This document shows positions 50,539-61,212 of a DNA stretch of 64,000 nucleotides, piece by piece (position 1 is the stretch's first letter; the number at the start of each line of letters is the position of its first letter). Source of the DNA: an uncultured delta proteobacterium (GTDB lineage Bacteria; Desulfobacterota; Binatia; UBA9968); NCBI GenBank assembly GCA_963804165.1, contig CAWDPO010000003.1, forward strand, positions 160,001 to 224,000. The letters are read 5' to 3'. The position numbers were made by a program, and so were the translations under genes. The notes under the pieces were generated by a model. It did not search any database and was not told the DNA's origin. It saw nothing but the letters and a program-made list of their open reading frames with translations.

Positions 50539-51309
50539 ATGAGTTCAGATCTCGAAGACGTCAAGCGCGAAGTCGCGACCGCGAATCGCGTTCTCGCCAA
50601 CCTGGGCTTGGCGGCGGGCGTAACCGCCGCTCTCGGGCACGCCAGCATGCGCGTGCCTTCACAGCCCAGTCATTTTTTTGTCAAAGGCCGTGAGTATGAG
50701 TTCGATGCCCTGGCGATCATGGAGCCGGACGACATGGTGCTGTGCGACACCGAGGGATTTCTTATCGGTGGACGACCGGGGCTGACGCAGTGTTCCGAAG
50801 TGAAAATCCATGCCTGTATCTACAAGACGCATCCCAAGATCCAGGCTATCGTGCATGTCCACCCGCGTTACACCATCCTGATGAGCGTGCTGACGGGCTC
50901 GCTCAAAGCAATGCGTCAAGAAGGCGCGCAATTGCTGCGCCGCCCGTTGCCCATTTACCCCCACGTCAAAACCATCCAGACCGAGGCGGAGGGTATGGAG
51001 GTGGCAAATCTGTTAGGCGAAAGCCAAGCGATGCTGCTACGCGGCCACGGCGCCGTAACGACGGGAAAGAACGTCTCAGAGGCGGTGATGGGCATGGCAC
51101 AGCTGGAAGAACAGGCTCAGTTGAACTATCTCGCCTACTGCGCCGAGGGCCAGGACTACACCCATCTGAGCGATGATCTCATCGATGAAATGTCGAATCG
51201 CCCGCCGTTATTCGAACAACCACACTTCAAGGATGTCCTCAAAGGGCGCGAACCGCAGCGCGACGGCACCTGGAACTACCAGAAGCGAGCGGCATCACGG
51301 AACCCGTGA
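50539..51309 (+). CDS. Class II aldolase/adducin family protein
   Basis: GHASMR, SEVKIHACIY, IVHVHP, LLRGHG. Confidence 0.9.
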   Translation: MSSDLEDVKREVATANRVLANLGLAAGVTAALGHASMRVPSQPSHFFVKGREYEFDALAIMEPDDMVLCDTEGFLIGGRPGLTQCSEVKIHACIYKTHPKIQAIVHVHPRYTILMSVLTGSLKAMRQEGAQLLRRPLPIYPHVKTIQTEAEGMEVANLLGESQAMLLRGHGAVTTGKNVSEAVMGMAQLEEQAQLNYLAYCAEGQDYTHLSDDLIDEMSNRPPLFEQPHFKDVLKGREPQRDGTWNYQKRAASRNP

Positions 51310-51446
51310 TGCTCCTGCGGGAGCGAATAGGTTGAAATGTGTCTTTGCTGGATTGGTTGCTGACCGATCGTAGTATTTTCAACTGAGCCAAAGATCAAAA
51401 TCCCTCATTCAAAACTGCAGAGCTCGCGGGACATGGTGAAGCGGAG

Positions 51447-52406
51447 ATGCGCATGAAAAAGATTTTCGGCGCGATAATCGCGCTGTTTTTTCTTGACGCG
51501 CCGGTTCATGCGCTGGACAAGGTCAGAATCTCCATGACCGGATTTGCCGGCCAGTTCATGACTTTCCCGTTGGCGCAAAAGAGAGGTTTTCTCAAAGAAG
51601 AAGGCATCGAGGCGGAGATCATCCGGATCTCCGCTGCGGCGGGCCGAGCGGCATTGGCGAGCGGCGACGTGGATTATTCGACTGGCATCGGCGGCACGGC
51701 CATCGGTGGAGCGTTATCCGGAGTACCGATCAAAGTGGTCGCCTGCTATGTGCCGGCGCCGGTGCTCGCGCTGGTGGCGCGGCCTGAGTTCAAATCGGTC
51801 CAGCAACTCAAAGGCAAAACGGTCGCGGTGCTGATCTTCGGCGGCGTCGCTCATTTCGCCGCGCGCGCGATAGTTAAGCACTTCGGTCTCGATCCGGAAA
51901 AGGATTTGAAATATCTCGCGGTGGGTCCGCCTGACGCGCGCTTTGCCGCGCTCAGTCAAGGCTTGGTTGACGCGGCTGTGCTCGGACCGCCGCTTGATTT
52001 CGAGGCGCGAAAGCAAGGCCACAATATTCTCGCGAGAGCCGATGAAGTCCTCATTTTCCCGGAAACGGGTTTGGTCACCGGCGTGAAGAAAATCCAAGAC
52101 AAGCCGGACGAAATCAAACGCGTTATCAGGGCCGGCATCAAGGCGAACCGTTATATTCGCGGCAATCGCGACGGAACCATTCAGTTCTTGATGGAGTGGT
52201 TGAAACTCAATCGCGAGGGCGCTACGGCGACATACGACGGGGTGGTGAAAGTTTATAACGAAGATCCTAACGTGTGCGAAAAAGGACTGCGGTTTGTCAT
52301 CGATGAGACCAAAAAGACCGTGAAGAGCAATCGTGAAATGGCATTCACCGATATTGCCGATCTCTCGATTTTCCGCGACGCTCAGCGAGAAACCGGGATA
52401 AAATAG
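51447..52406 (+). CDS. ABC-type substrate-binding protein, NMT1/THI5-like
   Basis: Signal peptide, KRGFLKEEGI, QLKGKTVAV, KRVIRAGIKANRY; close paralog of 48296-49254. Confidence 0.88.
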   Translation: MRMKKIFGAIIALFFLDAPVHALDKVRISMTGFAGQFMTFPLAQKRGFLKEEGIEAEIIRISAAAGRAALASGDVDYSTGIGGTAIGGALSGVPIKVVACYVPAPVLALVARPEFKSVQQLKGKTVAVLIFGGVAHFAARAIVKHFGLDPEKDLKYLAVGPPDARFAALSQGLVDAAVLGPPLDFEARKQGHNILARADEVLIFPETGLVTGVKKIQDKPDEIKRVIRAGIKANRYIRGNRDGTIQFLMEWLKLNREGATATYDGVVKVYNEDPNVCEKGLRFVIDETKKTVKSNREMAFTDIADLSIFRDAQRETGIK

Positions 52407-52505
52407 CCCCGCGCACGTCGCGGGAGCTTAGCGTCGGCTATTTCGTTAACCGTAAGCGCGCGAAAGTTAGAGCAGCCTGTGGCTGTGAGCGCTTCTCCCT
52501 GCATT

Positions 52506-52639
52506 TAGCAGGTTGTAAAAAAAGCCTAGGAATGCCTCGACGCGCTCAGCATGAACGGAAAAAACCGATCGTTGCACTCCCTTACCGTTCGCCGTGAGCT
52601 TAGTCGAAGGGTGAACGGAATCTTTTCAACAACCTGTTA
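52506..52639. repeat. Palindromic repeat (CCTTCGAC..GAACGG family) inside AGCAGGTTG/CAACCTGTT arms
   Basis: CCTCGACGCGCTCAGCATGAACGG...CCGTTCGCCGTGAGCTTAGTCGAAGG; related copy at 61213-61300. Confidence 0.7.
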
Positions 52640-52730
52640 GTTCGGAAAGGTAAAGCGTCTGAAATGTTCCTACGTCTCTAATGCGCCCGGCATTGGGCGT
52701 CCCATCTTCACCCGAACTGTTCTGACTCTA

Positions 52731-53156
52731 CTACGCGCTACGCAGTCGCAACTTTCTGCGGCGCGCCCCCGAGCGATATTTTTTCAAACGAAGATTGGGC
52801 GACCGGCTCGACCCGCTTGGATTGCTCCAGCGATTGAGGCCGTTGCGAAGGTACTCGGGATTGAATCCCAGAGTTTCGCAGACGTTGGTGAATGAAAAGA
52901 TCCAATCTTCGGTATCTCTGGTATGGATCCATTCCTGCGCTTCCTCGAAGCATTTCCGTTGTCGGCGGGAGCATCGGCCGGGATCCTTTGCCAGGCAAGA
53001 CACTGCATCCTCGAGCAGGGCGACCATCAAGCGCCGCTCGGGATCGATAAAGTGAGTTCTCCTCAGAGTGGTATAAAACTGCTCGGGTGCCAGCATATCC
53101 GGCTCGAAGAGTTTAACCGTATCCTGGATCGACACCACATTCGTCGCCGTTTTCAT
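52731..53156 (-). CDS. Hypothetical protein, helical with basic C-terminus
   Basis: PERRLMVALLEDAV...EAQEWI...IFSFTNVCETLGFNPEYLR; SD AGGAG before MKTAT. Confidence 0.75.
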   Translation of the reverse strand: MKTATNVVSIQDTVKLFEPDMLAPEQFYTTLRRTHFIDPERRLMVALLEDAVSCLAKDPGRCSRRQRKCFEEAQEWIHTRDTEDWIFSFTNVCETLGFNPEYLRNGLNRWSNPSGSSRSPNLRLKKYRSGARRRKLRLRSA

Positions 53157-53276
53157 GATTTCATCGCTCCTGTCATTGGAAAAGGCTTTATGCAATCAAC
53201 ATAATCACAGAATAATATATTGACAAATTCATAATTTCTTATTGTTAGATAGATAAAACCGAAGTATTATTCGGAA

Positions 53277-54176
53277 ATGGAATGGCTCAACTATCATCAC
53301 TTACTTTACTTCTGGACGGTGGTGCGGCTCGGCAGCGTGTCGCGAGCCGGCGAGGAACTGCACCTGACCCAGGCGACGGTGAGCGCGCAACTCAAGTCGC
53401 TGGAAACAGCGCTCGGCGAAAAACTTTTTCGCAAAGCCGGTCGCCATCTCACGCCTACGGAGACCGGCAAGGTGGTGTTTCGCTACGCCGATGAAATCTT
53501 TTCATTGGGCCGGGAGATGATGGGAACTCTGAAGGGCCGGCCGGAGGGTCGGCTGGCACGGCTGACGGTCGGAGTCGCCGACGTCATGCCGAAGTTAGTC
53601 GCCTATCAACTGATCGAGCCGGCGCTTCTGTTAGCCGACTCCCACCGGATCGTTTGTCGGGAAGGGACGAATAAGGAGTTGTTGTCGGCGTTGGCGGTGC
53701 ACGATATCGATGTGGTTCTCACGGATAGCCAGATCGACCCGGCGATCAACGTCAAGGCATTTTCTCATTTGCTCGGCGAGTGTGGCATGACTCTGTTCGG
53801 GACGCCAAAGCTAGCGGCCTCATGCCGCGGGAAGTTTCCCCGGTGCGTCGACGGCGCACCGTTTTTGCTTCCGACGAATAATACGGCCGTGCGCCGGTCG
53901 TTGGATCAATGGTTCGAGGCGGAAAACATTCGCCCAGTGATCGTTGCCGAGTGCGAGGACAGCGCACTGCTGCAGGTCTTTGGCCAGCGCGGCCTCGGTC
54001 TGTTTTTCGTTCCGTCGGTGATCGGCGCCGAAGTGCAGCGGCAGAGCACGGTCAAGGTGATCGGGCGCGTGAGCACGGTGCGTGAACAATTCTTTGCGAT
54101 TTCACTGGATCGAAAGCTTAAACATCCCGCCGTGCTGGCCATCTCGGAAGCAGCGCGCACGCGCTTGTTTGACTGA
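53277..54176 (+). CDS. nhaR: LysR-family transcriptional activator, NhaR-like
   Basis: MEWLNYHHLLYFWTV..GSV...LHLTQATVSAQLK, VGVADVMPK.VAY, HLLGECG, KHPAV.AI. Confidence 0.88.
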   Translation: MEWLNYHHLLYFWTVVRLGSVSRAGEELHLTQATVSAQLKSLETALGEKLFRKAGRHLTPTETGKVVFRYADEIFSLGREMMGTLKGRPEGRLARLTVGVADVMPKLVAYQLIEPALLLADSHRIVCREGTNKELLSALAVHDIDVVLTDSQIDPAINVKAFSHLLGECGMTLFGTPKLAASCRGKFPRCVDGAPFLLPTNNTAVRRSLDQWFEAENIRPVIVAECEDSALLQVFGQRGLGLFFVPSVIGAEVQRQSTVKVIGRVSTVREQFFAISLDRKLKHPAVLAISEAARTRLFD

Positions 54177-54613
54177 GATAAGTAGAGCTCGTATCGCAGG
54201 ATACGCCAGGCGGCGCAAGGTGCCGTCCGAGTTGTCGGCAACTCGGTGGAGATCATTTCGCGGGGCGCAAAAAATTTAAGACAAGCGGCACGAAATCAAG
54301 AGCGTCATAGGGCAGGCTCAAGCCAATTGCTATATCCGCGCGAATTGGGACGGATGCAGTTCTTGATGCAATGGTTGATGCTGAATGCGAGAAGCCTAAT
54401 CCTGAGGGGAGGCACAGAGAAAATTGTGACGTCAATGCATCTTAGGTTTGGGTTTTTGATGGCGCAATGATTGTGAAATCTGTTAGGGAGTGGTGGGTAG
54501 CAAAGAGGAAGGGCTCGGAATATGCTCGGCGCTGTGTTCATCAACGTAGCCGAGCCGGCTTCGCTTGAGCGATCGTGTTTTGCATTTTCCTTTTGGCCAA
54601 GGAAGGAGGGGCT

Positions 54614-55699
54614 ATGCGGGTTAGGAGTCAAAGTTATTGGGTTGGCCTATTCTTATTCCTGTCGTTGCTCTGTGTCGCCCTCGTCCGCGCTCAGACGGAA
54701 GAAAAGCTCCTCGACGACATCAACAAGCTCTCCGACGCCGAGCGCCAAGCTCGGTTGGTCAACGGTGCGAAAAAGGAAGGCGTGGTGACCTGGTATGTCG
54801 CGATGAACCGCGCCTATGCACAGGATCTGATCAACGCCTTTGAAGCGCAATATCCATTCCTGAAAGTCAATGTCTTAACGGGTGGCGGCGGCGCGCTGCT
54901 CAACAAGGTTCTCACTGAATACCGGGCGCGCTCCTATTTGTACGATGTTTTCAATACCCGCAGCATGACAATCAACACGTTGAAAAAATCCGCCGCGATC
55001 ATGCGTTATAAGACTCCGTACCGGACTCAGTTGCGCGAGAGCTTCTATGACAAAGAGGGTTTTCTCAACGGTATTTTCGCTACGCCTTTGGTTTTCATCT
55101 ATAACTCAAAAATGGTGACCCGCCAGGAAGCCCCGAGTTCGATAGAAGACCTGGCGAACCCGAAGTGGTCCGGCAAGATGGCGGTCGACGATGAATCTTT
55201 CGACTGGTTGGCCGCGATGCTCGATTATTACGGGGAGGCGAAAGGGATCGAGCTCGCGGGAAAAATAGGCCAGCAATCTCTCCAGGTTCGACGCGGGCCT
55301 ACTCTGATCACACAACTGGTCGCCGCTGGCGAGTTCCACCTCGAGATCGACGGCCACCACCAGGAAGCCATCGCTAAAAAGAAGGCCGGAGCGCCGCTCG
55401 ATTATAACTTTCCTCAACCGTATGTGCCGGTGAAATCCTTGGTGCCGATCTACATGGCTGCTCGCCCGCCCCATCCACATGCCGGCGCGCTGCTAGCTGA
55501 CTTTCTGATTTCCAAGAGAGGGCAAGATATCATGTACGGACACGGACGTTGGATGGGACACAAGAGCATTAGCGGTAAAGGGCCCGATGACATCGGCGAT
55601 CGCAAAGTAATGATACCGTCCCCGGAAAAATGGGGCGACCGTTATCAAGAACTGATCAACCTTTACAATAAATTGTTGCTGCGAAAATCAGGCTCCTAG
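54614..55699 (+). CDS. Extracellular solute-binding protein (Fe3+/AfuA-like cluster D)
   Basis: SD AAGGAGG; GAKKEGVVTWY, F...YPFLKV, DL..PKWSGK, PHPHAG.L..DFLIS..GQ. Confidence 0.88.
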   Translation: MRVRSQSYWVGLFLFLSLLCVALVRAQTEEKLLDDINKLSDAERQARLVNGAKKEGVVTWYVAMNRAYAQDLINAFEAQYPFLKVNVLTGGGGALLNKVLTEYRARSYLYDVFNTRSMTINTLKKSAAIMRYKTPYRTQLRESFYDKEGFLNGIFATPLVFIYNSKMVTRQEAPSSIEDLANPKWSGKMAVDDESFDWLAAMLDYYGEAKGIELAGKIGQQSLQVRRGPTLITQLVAAGEFHLEIDGHHQEAIAKKKAGAPLDYNFPQPYVPVKSLVPIYMAARPPHPHAGALLADFLISKRGQDIMYGHGRWMGHKSISGKGPDDIGDRKVMIPSPEKWGDRYQELINLYNKLLLRKSGS

Positions 55700-55883
55700 G
55701 AGAAACAAGCTGTCGGCAAACGGAGGCGCGATGGGCAAAATTGATCTCAAACGCGTATCTCCTATCGATTGTTTCACGAGCGTACGACCAGCCGAAAAAT
55801 CTTGGAAACTCTTCAGCTGTGTTATAAAGTCACTGAACATTTCTTGGATCCAAAGACGGTAAATTGTAATCGAGGAGGAACGC

Positions 55884-56918
55884 ATGGAAGTCAAGTCAGT
55901 GAAAGAGCGACACACCGAGCTGACGATGCACAGCGTAAAGTTCGCCAAAGACGAGCAAGGGCGGCGCAAAGGACAGGAAATCCTTTTCAAGTGGCCGGAT
56001 ATCGAAAAACAACTGGGCGAGCATAAGCATATCTACGTCGTCGACGCGCGCCTGGGCTCGAACAATCACACGCACCGACTGTGGTACGACGTGATCCCGC
56101 CGCACACGGAAGAAGGACAGGACTGGCGCACGCTCGGTCATCGTCACACCGTCGAAGCGATCATCTATTTCTTGAAGGGACATGGCCACAGCATCATTGA
56201 CGGCGAGCGTTACGACTGGGGACCGGGGGATTTGCTGAGCGTGCCGATGTTTTCATGGCACCGCCACATCAACGACGGCGATGAACCCGTGCTGCGCATT
56301 GCATCGACGACGGGGCCGCTGTCCCTGGCATTGGGTCAAGCGGTTTATGAAGATGAGCGTTATCCTGAGTTTTGGATTTACGCTCAGGAAGGCGAGGACG
56401 CGCGCAAAACGTTGATCCCGGGAGGGGGCGGGAAGCTCGATAACGGAAAAACTCCCGGCAATCGCACAGCCGAATTGTACGCGGAGCAGGTGGCCTTTGC
56501 GATGCACGAGGAGCAGCTTCGTCGTAAGAGCAAAGTGCTGGTGAAACAAAAGGACCTCGTGTTCGAGCCGACGGCGATGGGCAAACTCGCGTATGTGGTC
56601 GATCCGCGCATCGGTTTCCACAGCAAGGCCCTCGGCGTGGTCATGGCGGAAATTCCGGCAGGCAAACGCTCCGGCGCGCATCGTCATCTCTACGACGAGA
56701 TCAATCTCATCGTCGGCGGCAAGGGCAAGGTAATCGTCGAAGACAAGGAATTCGATTTCGACACGCTCGACGTGTTGTCCATCCCGGTGTTCCAGTGGCA
56801 TCAATACTTCAATACGGGCAGCGAGCCACTGCGGATTCTCGGAATCAACACGCGGTTAGCCATGGACAATTTGGGTTTATCTCTGACTCACCAGGGCGAG
56901 CACGCGGATTACGTTTGA
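55884..56918 (+). CDS. Bicupin protein (gentisate-dioxygenase-like)
   Basis: GHRHTVEA...PMFSWHRH and GAHRHLYDE...PVFQWHQYFN. Confidence 0.85.
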   Translation: MEVKSVKERHTELTMHSVKFAKDEQGRRKGQEILFKWPDIEKQLGEHKHIYVVDARLGSNNHTHRLWYDVIPPHTEEGQDWRTLGHRHTVEAIIYFLKGHGHSIIDGERYDWGPGDLLSVPMFSWHRHINDGDEPVLRIASTTGPLSLALGQAVYEDERYPEFWIYAQEGEDARKTLIPGGGGKLDNGKTPGNRTAELYAEQVAFAMHEEQLRRKSKVLVKQKDLVFEPTAMGKLAYVVDPRIGFHSKALGVVMAEIPAGKRSGAHRHLYDEINLIVGGKGKVIVEDKEFDFDTLDVLSIPVFQWHQYFNTGSEPLRILGINTRLAMDNLGLSLTHQGEHADYV

Positions 56919-56949
56919 ACATCGGCGTCTGGGCGGGACTAACAAGGAT

Positions 56950-56978
56950 GTAGGGGTGGGTTTCAAACCCGCCCCTAC
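56950..56978. repeat. GTAG-type REP palindrome
   Basis: Identical to 35851-35879. Confidence 0.85.
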
Positions 56979-57014
56979 GCGCACAGACGCTCAGGCGCCA
57001 AGCGAGGAGGCGTC

Positions 57015-58007
57015 ATGACACGAGTCATTTCACTGCTCCTGTGCTCTTTAATCGTTTCGTTGTCTTCCGTCTTTGGTGCAGATCTCGATCAAGCGAAAAA
57101 AGAAGGCGAGGTGGTGCTTTACACAACCATGGTCATTTCCGACTTTCAGGTTTTTCATAAAGCTCTCGTCAAAAAATATCCTTTCTTGAAAGTGAACCAC
57201 GTCCGACTTGGCGCCTCCACGCTGGTGTCGCGCGCCATCGCCGAATTTCGCGCCGGCAAGCATTTGACCGACGTCTACGGCGTCGCCCCGGATTCGCTGA
57301 ACTATATGCGCGAGCAGGGCATCCTGGCGCCGTATACCAGCCCCGAGGCGAAATTCATTCATAAAGGCTTCATGGATCCGAAAGGGTTTTGGTCGGGAAT
57401 TACCACCGATGTGCTCGTTACCGGTGTGAACACGTCGCAGCTCAGCGTCAAAAGGGCGCCGCAGGGTTATGCCGATTATCTAAAGCCGGATTTCAAAGCC
57501 AAGATGGCATTTCACATCGGCACGAATAATCCATTGATCGGCATGAGCGAAATGCAGGGTGAAGAGAAGGCGTTGACTTACATGCGCAGCTTCGCCAAGC
57601 AGGGGCTGATTCAACATAACGGTTACACGAAAATCAGCCAGCTCCTCGCCGCCGGGGAATTTCCGATCGTCGCCTTCATGCAAGTCACCAAGCTCGAGAA
57701 GATTCGCGAGCGCAGCGGGCCGGTGGACTGGATCCCGCTTGATCCTTCTTTCGCGACAGTGTCCTCCGTCGCAGTTTCGAAGCATGCGCCGCACGCTAAC
57801 GCGGCGAGATTGCTCGTCGATTTTTATCTCTCGGAAGAAGGGCAGAAGGCGCTGCGCGAGATCGATAAAATTCCATTACGTCGCGGCGTCGACGCCGACT
57901 CCAAGCGCGTCGCCGAGCTGATCGAGCAAACACCCCATGTGATCAAATACGAAGGCGACCCGGGAAAACAAATCAAGCAGTTCAATGAAATATTCTTAGG
58001 GCGGTAG
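57015..58007 (+). CDS. Extracellular solute-binding protein (Fe3+/AfuA-like)
   Basis: AKKEGEVVLY, KKYPFLKV, LLAAGEF, APHANAARLLVDFYLSEEGQ. Confidence 0.88.
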   Translation: MTRVISLLLCSLIVSLSSVFGADLDQAKKEGEVVLYTTMVISDFQVFHKALVKKYPFLKVNHVRLGASTLVSRAIAEFRAGKHLTDVYGVAPDSLNYMREQGILAPYTSPEAKFIHKGFMDPKGFWSGITTDVLVTGVNTSQLSVKRAPQGYADYLKPDFKAKMAFHIGTNNPLIGMSEMQGEEKALTYMRSFAKQGLIQHNGYTKISQLLAAGEFPIVAFMQVTKLEKIRERSGPVDWIPLDPSFATVSSVAVSKHAPHANAARLLVDFYLSEEGQKALREIDKIPLRRGVDADSKRVAELIEQTPHVIKYEGDPGKQIKQFNEIFLGR

Positions 58008-58021
58008 CACCACTTGCACTC

Positions 58022-58685
58022 ATGAACGTGTTATTCGATCTCGACGGTACTCTGACCGATCCAAAGGAAGGTATCATCGCGTGTTTTCGCTATGCGTTTG
58101 ATTCGCTCGGCGTAAGTCCCCCGCCTGCGACGGAACTCGAGCGATTGATCGGACCACCACTAATGGAAAGCTTCTCCAATCTGCTCGGTCCCGGAGGCAA
58201 AGATCGGGTCGAACAAGCCGTAGCGGCTTTACCGTGAACGGTTCGCGGAAACGGGACTGTTCGAAAACAGCGTCTATCCAGGTATCGTCGACGCTCTGGC
58301 CGAGCTGTGCGACCATGGCGTGCGGCTATTCGTGGCGACGTCGAAGCCGCGTGCGTTTGCCGAGCGTATCGTTGAATATTTTGGGCTGGCCCAATTCTTC
58401 CGAGCCGTGTACGGCAGCGAGTTGAATGGCGTCAACGCGGACAAGAAAGATTTGCTCGCCTATTTGCTCAGGGCGGAATCGTTGTCGCCGGCAATTACCG
58501 TCATGGTCGGTGATAGGGCGCATGACGTATTGGGCGCGCGGGCCAATCGCCTCTTTTCAGTCGGGGTGCTTTGGGGCTATGGATCAACAGAGGAACTTGT
58601 GTCGGCCGGAGCCGATGCGCTATGCGAAGCGCCGAGAGCACTTGGTGACGCGCTCTCTCTTGTCGATCGCGCGACGGTTTGCTAG
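58022..58685 (+). CDS. HAD-family hydrolase (phosphoglycolate phosphatase/5'-nucleotidase-like); frameshift ~58230
   Basis: LFDLDGTLTD, IGPPL, VATSKP, MVGDRAHD, GVLWGYG. Confidence 0.88.
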
Positions 58686-58718
58686 TGGTGGCTGAATCGC
58701 CGCCGTCTTACCGAGTGA

Positions 58719-59876
58719 ATGATGGATATTAAATACGGATTGTTCAGTTGTGATTCTCATGCGCAACTCGACCGCGATGCGTGGACCAAGCGGTTGTCAA
58801 AGGAAAAGTGGGGCGAGCGGATTCCCCAGATCGTCGAAGTAAGCGAGAACGGCCAAACCGTCGACCGCTGGATAGTCAACGGCAAGGTGCGTAGCGAGTG
58901 GGTGTGCAATTGTCCCGCGGCGATGGAAGGCGGCGTCCAGCGCGGCTACTATCCGCGCCGTTGGGACGAAGTGCCGAGAATCGTATTACGATCCGGCCGA
59001 ACGATTGAAAGCTTTGGACGCGGACCGCGTCGACGGCGAAGTGCTTATATCCGAATACGCCGGTTTCAAATTTCGGTTTTTTTCAGGCCGACGCCGAATT
59101 CGAGCTGGCGTGCGTGCAAGCGCACAATGACGCCCTGGCGGAGTGGCGCGAGGCGAGCGACCGTTACGTTCCCATTGCGATCATTCCCTATATGAGCGAG
59201 ATCGACGTTGTCGTCGCTGAAGTGGAACGAAGCCGTAAAGCGCGGCCATCGCGGCGTCGTGATGCTCGCCGAGCCGGCGTTCACCAAAAAGGGCCTCAAG
59301 CGCATGAACGATCCTTTCTGGGAGCCGCTTTGGGCTTGCTGCCAGGACCTAGGGATACCGATGCATTGGCACGGCTCGGCGGGTTTGACCGAGCAACTAT
59401 CATTGCCTAAATGGGATGGATTCAGCAAAAGAGAATATCACACGGTATCGACCGCGCGGCTATGCGCGACACCGGCGCAGCTGATTCCCAATTTGATTTT
59501 CTCCGGCATCCTCGACCGTTATCCGCGGCTCAACTGGGCTTGCGCCGAAACCGGTTTCGGATGGGTGAGCTACGTGCTTGAGGCGTGCGATCACGAGTGG
59601 GAACAGCGGCGGCTGTGGCAGGAAGGTGTTCGCACGAAACCCAGCGAGGTATTCCGCCGCCAGATCTATGTCGACTTCTGGTACGAAAAAGCGGGCATCG
59701 AACTGCGCGAGCTGGTCGGCGTCGACAACATCATGTGGGAGTCGGATTATCCGCACATCGCCGCGACCTATCCGAGATCGTGGAAATTTGTCGAAGAATC
59801 GCTTGTCGGCGTGCCGGAAGAGGAGCGAAAAAAGATGTGTTATGGTAATGCGCTAAGACTTTACGGGTTAGCTTGA
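58719..59876 (+). CDS. Amidohydrolase_2 family protein; several frameshifts
   Basis: FSCDSHAQ, PMHWHG, SGILDRYP.L...AETG.GW, MWESDYPH, NALRLY. Confidence 0.85.
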
Positions 59877-59903
59877 GGCTCCGGCGAGCAAATTTTGATT
59901 GTC

Positions 59904-59971
59904 TGTCACCCTGAACGAAGTGAAGGATCTCGGCCGAGTGCGAGATTCTTAGGCTTTCCCTCAGAATGACA
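59904..59971. repeat. TGTCA...TGACA palindromic repeat, intact (empty) copy
   Basis: TGTCACCCTGAACGAAGTGAAGGATCTC...GAGATTCTT...CTCAGAATGACA. Confidence 0.8.
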
Positions 59972-59993
59972 TCTTGGGGATACCAGAACGAAG

Positions 59994-61132
59994 ATGGCGA
60001 ATATTTTCATCAGCGTCGACGAGCACGTGCAGGAACATCCCGAGCTTTGGACGAAGCGGCTGTCGCGCGCGAGATGGGGAGACAGGATCCCGCATATTGA
60101 GAAAAATCTCCAGCTGGCGCAGAGCAATGGGTCGTTGACGGGCGGCAGATCGCCTTGGATGGCGTTGCGGACTGCGGCGCAGTGATGGCGGACAGGACGA
60201 AGAATCCGCAGGATTGGTCGGAGGTGCCGGCCGCTGTGTATGACCCGAAGAAGCGATTGAAAGCGATGGACAGATGCCGGAGATAGATTATGCCGTGCTT
60301 GTATCCGACTGTTGCCGGATCAGGCGGACAAACCTTTGGGAGAATCGAAGATCCGGAATTGGAGCTTGGCGTGCGTGCAAGCGTACAACGACTGGCTGAT
60401 CGAAGAATGGGTAAGCATGAGCGACCGTTTCATCCCGCAATGCATAACGCCACTGTTTCCGATCGATGCCGCGGTGAAGGAAATTCGACGCGTCGATCGA
60501 AAAACGGCCACGGGGCGTGATCTATCCATCGATGCCGATGGAACTGCGCGACGTGCCGCATATCAACGATTCCGACCTACGATCCGCTTGTGGGCGGCTT
60601 GCCAGGAGTTGGGCGTGCCGATTTGTTTTCACGCCGGGGCCTCTGCGGCAATTCAAATTCCCGCGTACGAAGGATATTCGCCGGCGATTGCCGCCGCGTC
60701 TCCAGGCGATCACCCGGCCCGCGAGCACGGTGTCCGTCTTGGTAAATCTTCTGATTTCAAAAATTCTTATGCGATTTCCAAGTCTCAAAGTCGTGTTGGC
60801 CGAGAGCGGGCTCGGCTGGGGCGCGTATCTTTTGGAATACACGGATTTCCAAGCGACGGGCGATCAATTGCCGCAAAACGGTTACGATCTGATGCCGTCG
60901 GAGATGTTCCGGCGAAACTGTTACTTAGTCGGTTGGTACGACCAGGCGAGCTTACGGGTGAGGAGTTACATCGGCAGCGAAAACATTCTTTGGTCGACAC
61001 AGTTTCCGCTGGCGACATCGACTTGGCCTGAATACCCAAAAGGCTCTTTCCAAGAGCTTCGAAGGTATTGATGAGATCGACCGGAAAAAGATACTTTGGC
61101 AGAACGCGGCGAAGCTGTATAAGATTAGCTAA
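59994..61132 (+). CDS. Amidohydrolase_2 family protein; many frameshifts
   Basis: ISVDEHVQE, QAYNDWL, PICFHAG, RFPSLKVVLAESGLGW, LWSTQFP, NAAKLY. Confidence 0.8.
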
Positions 61133-61212
61133 CCGAGTGAGAGGAGAAATTTTGATCTTCGACATTGTATCAGAGCTCTTCGGGTCAGGGAGTGTGTCAA
61201 ATTTGTCGGGAA

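Noticed and set aside
54177-54613. Long intergenic region as a riboswitch
   Set aside because: Only isolated hairpins were seen; no recognisable aptamer consensus
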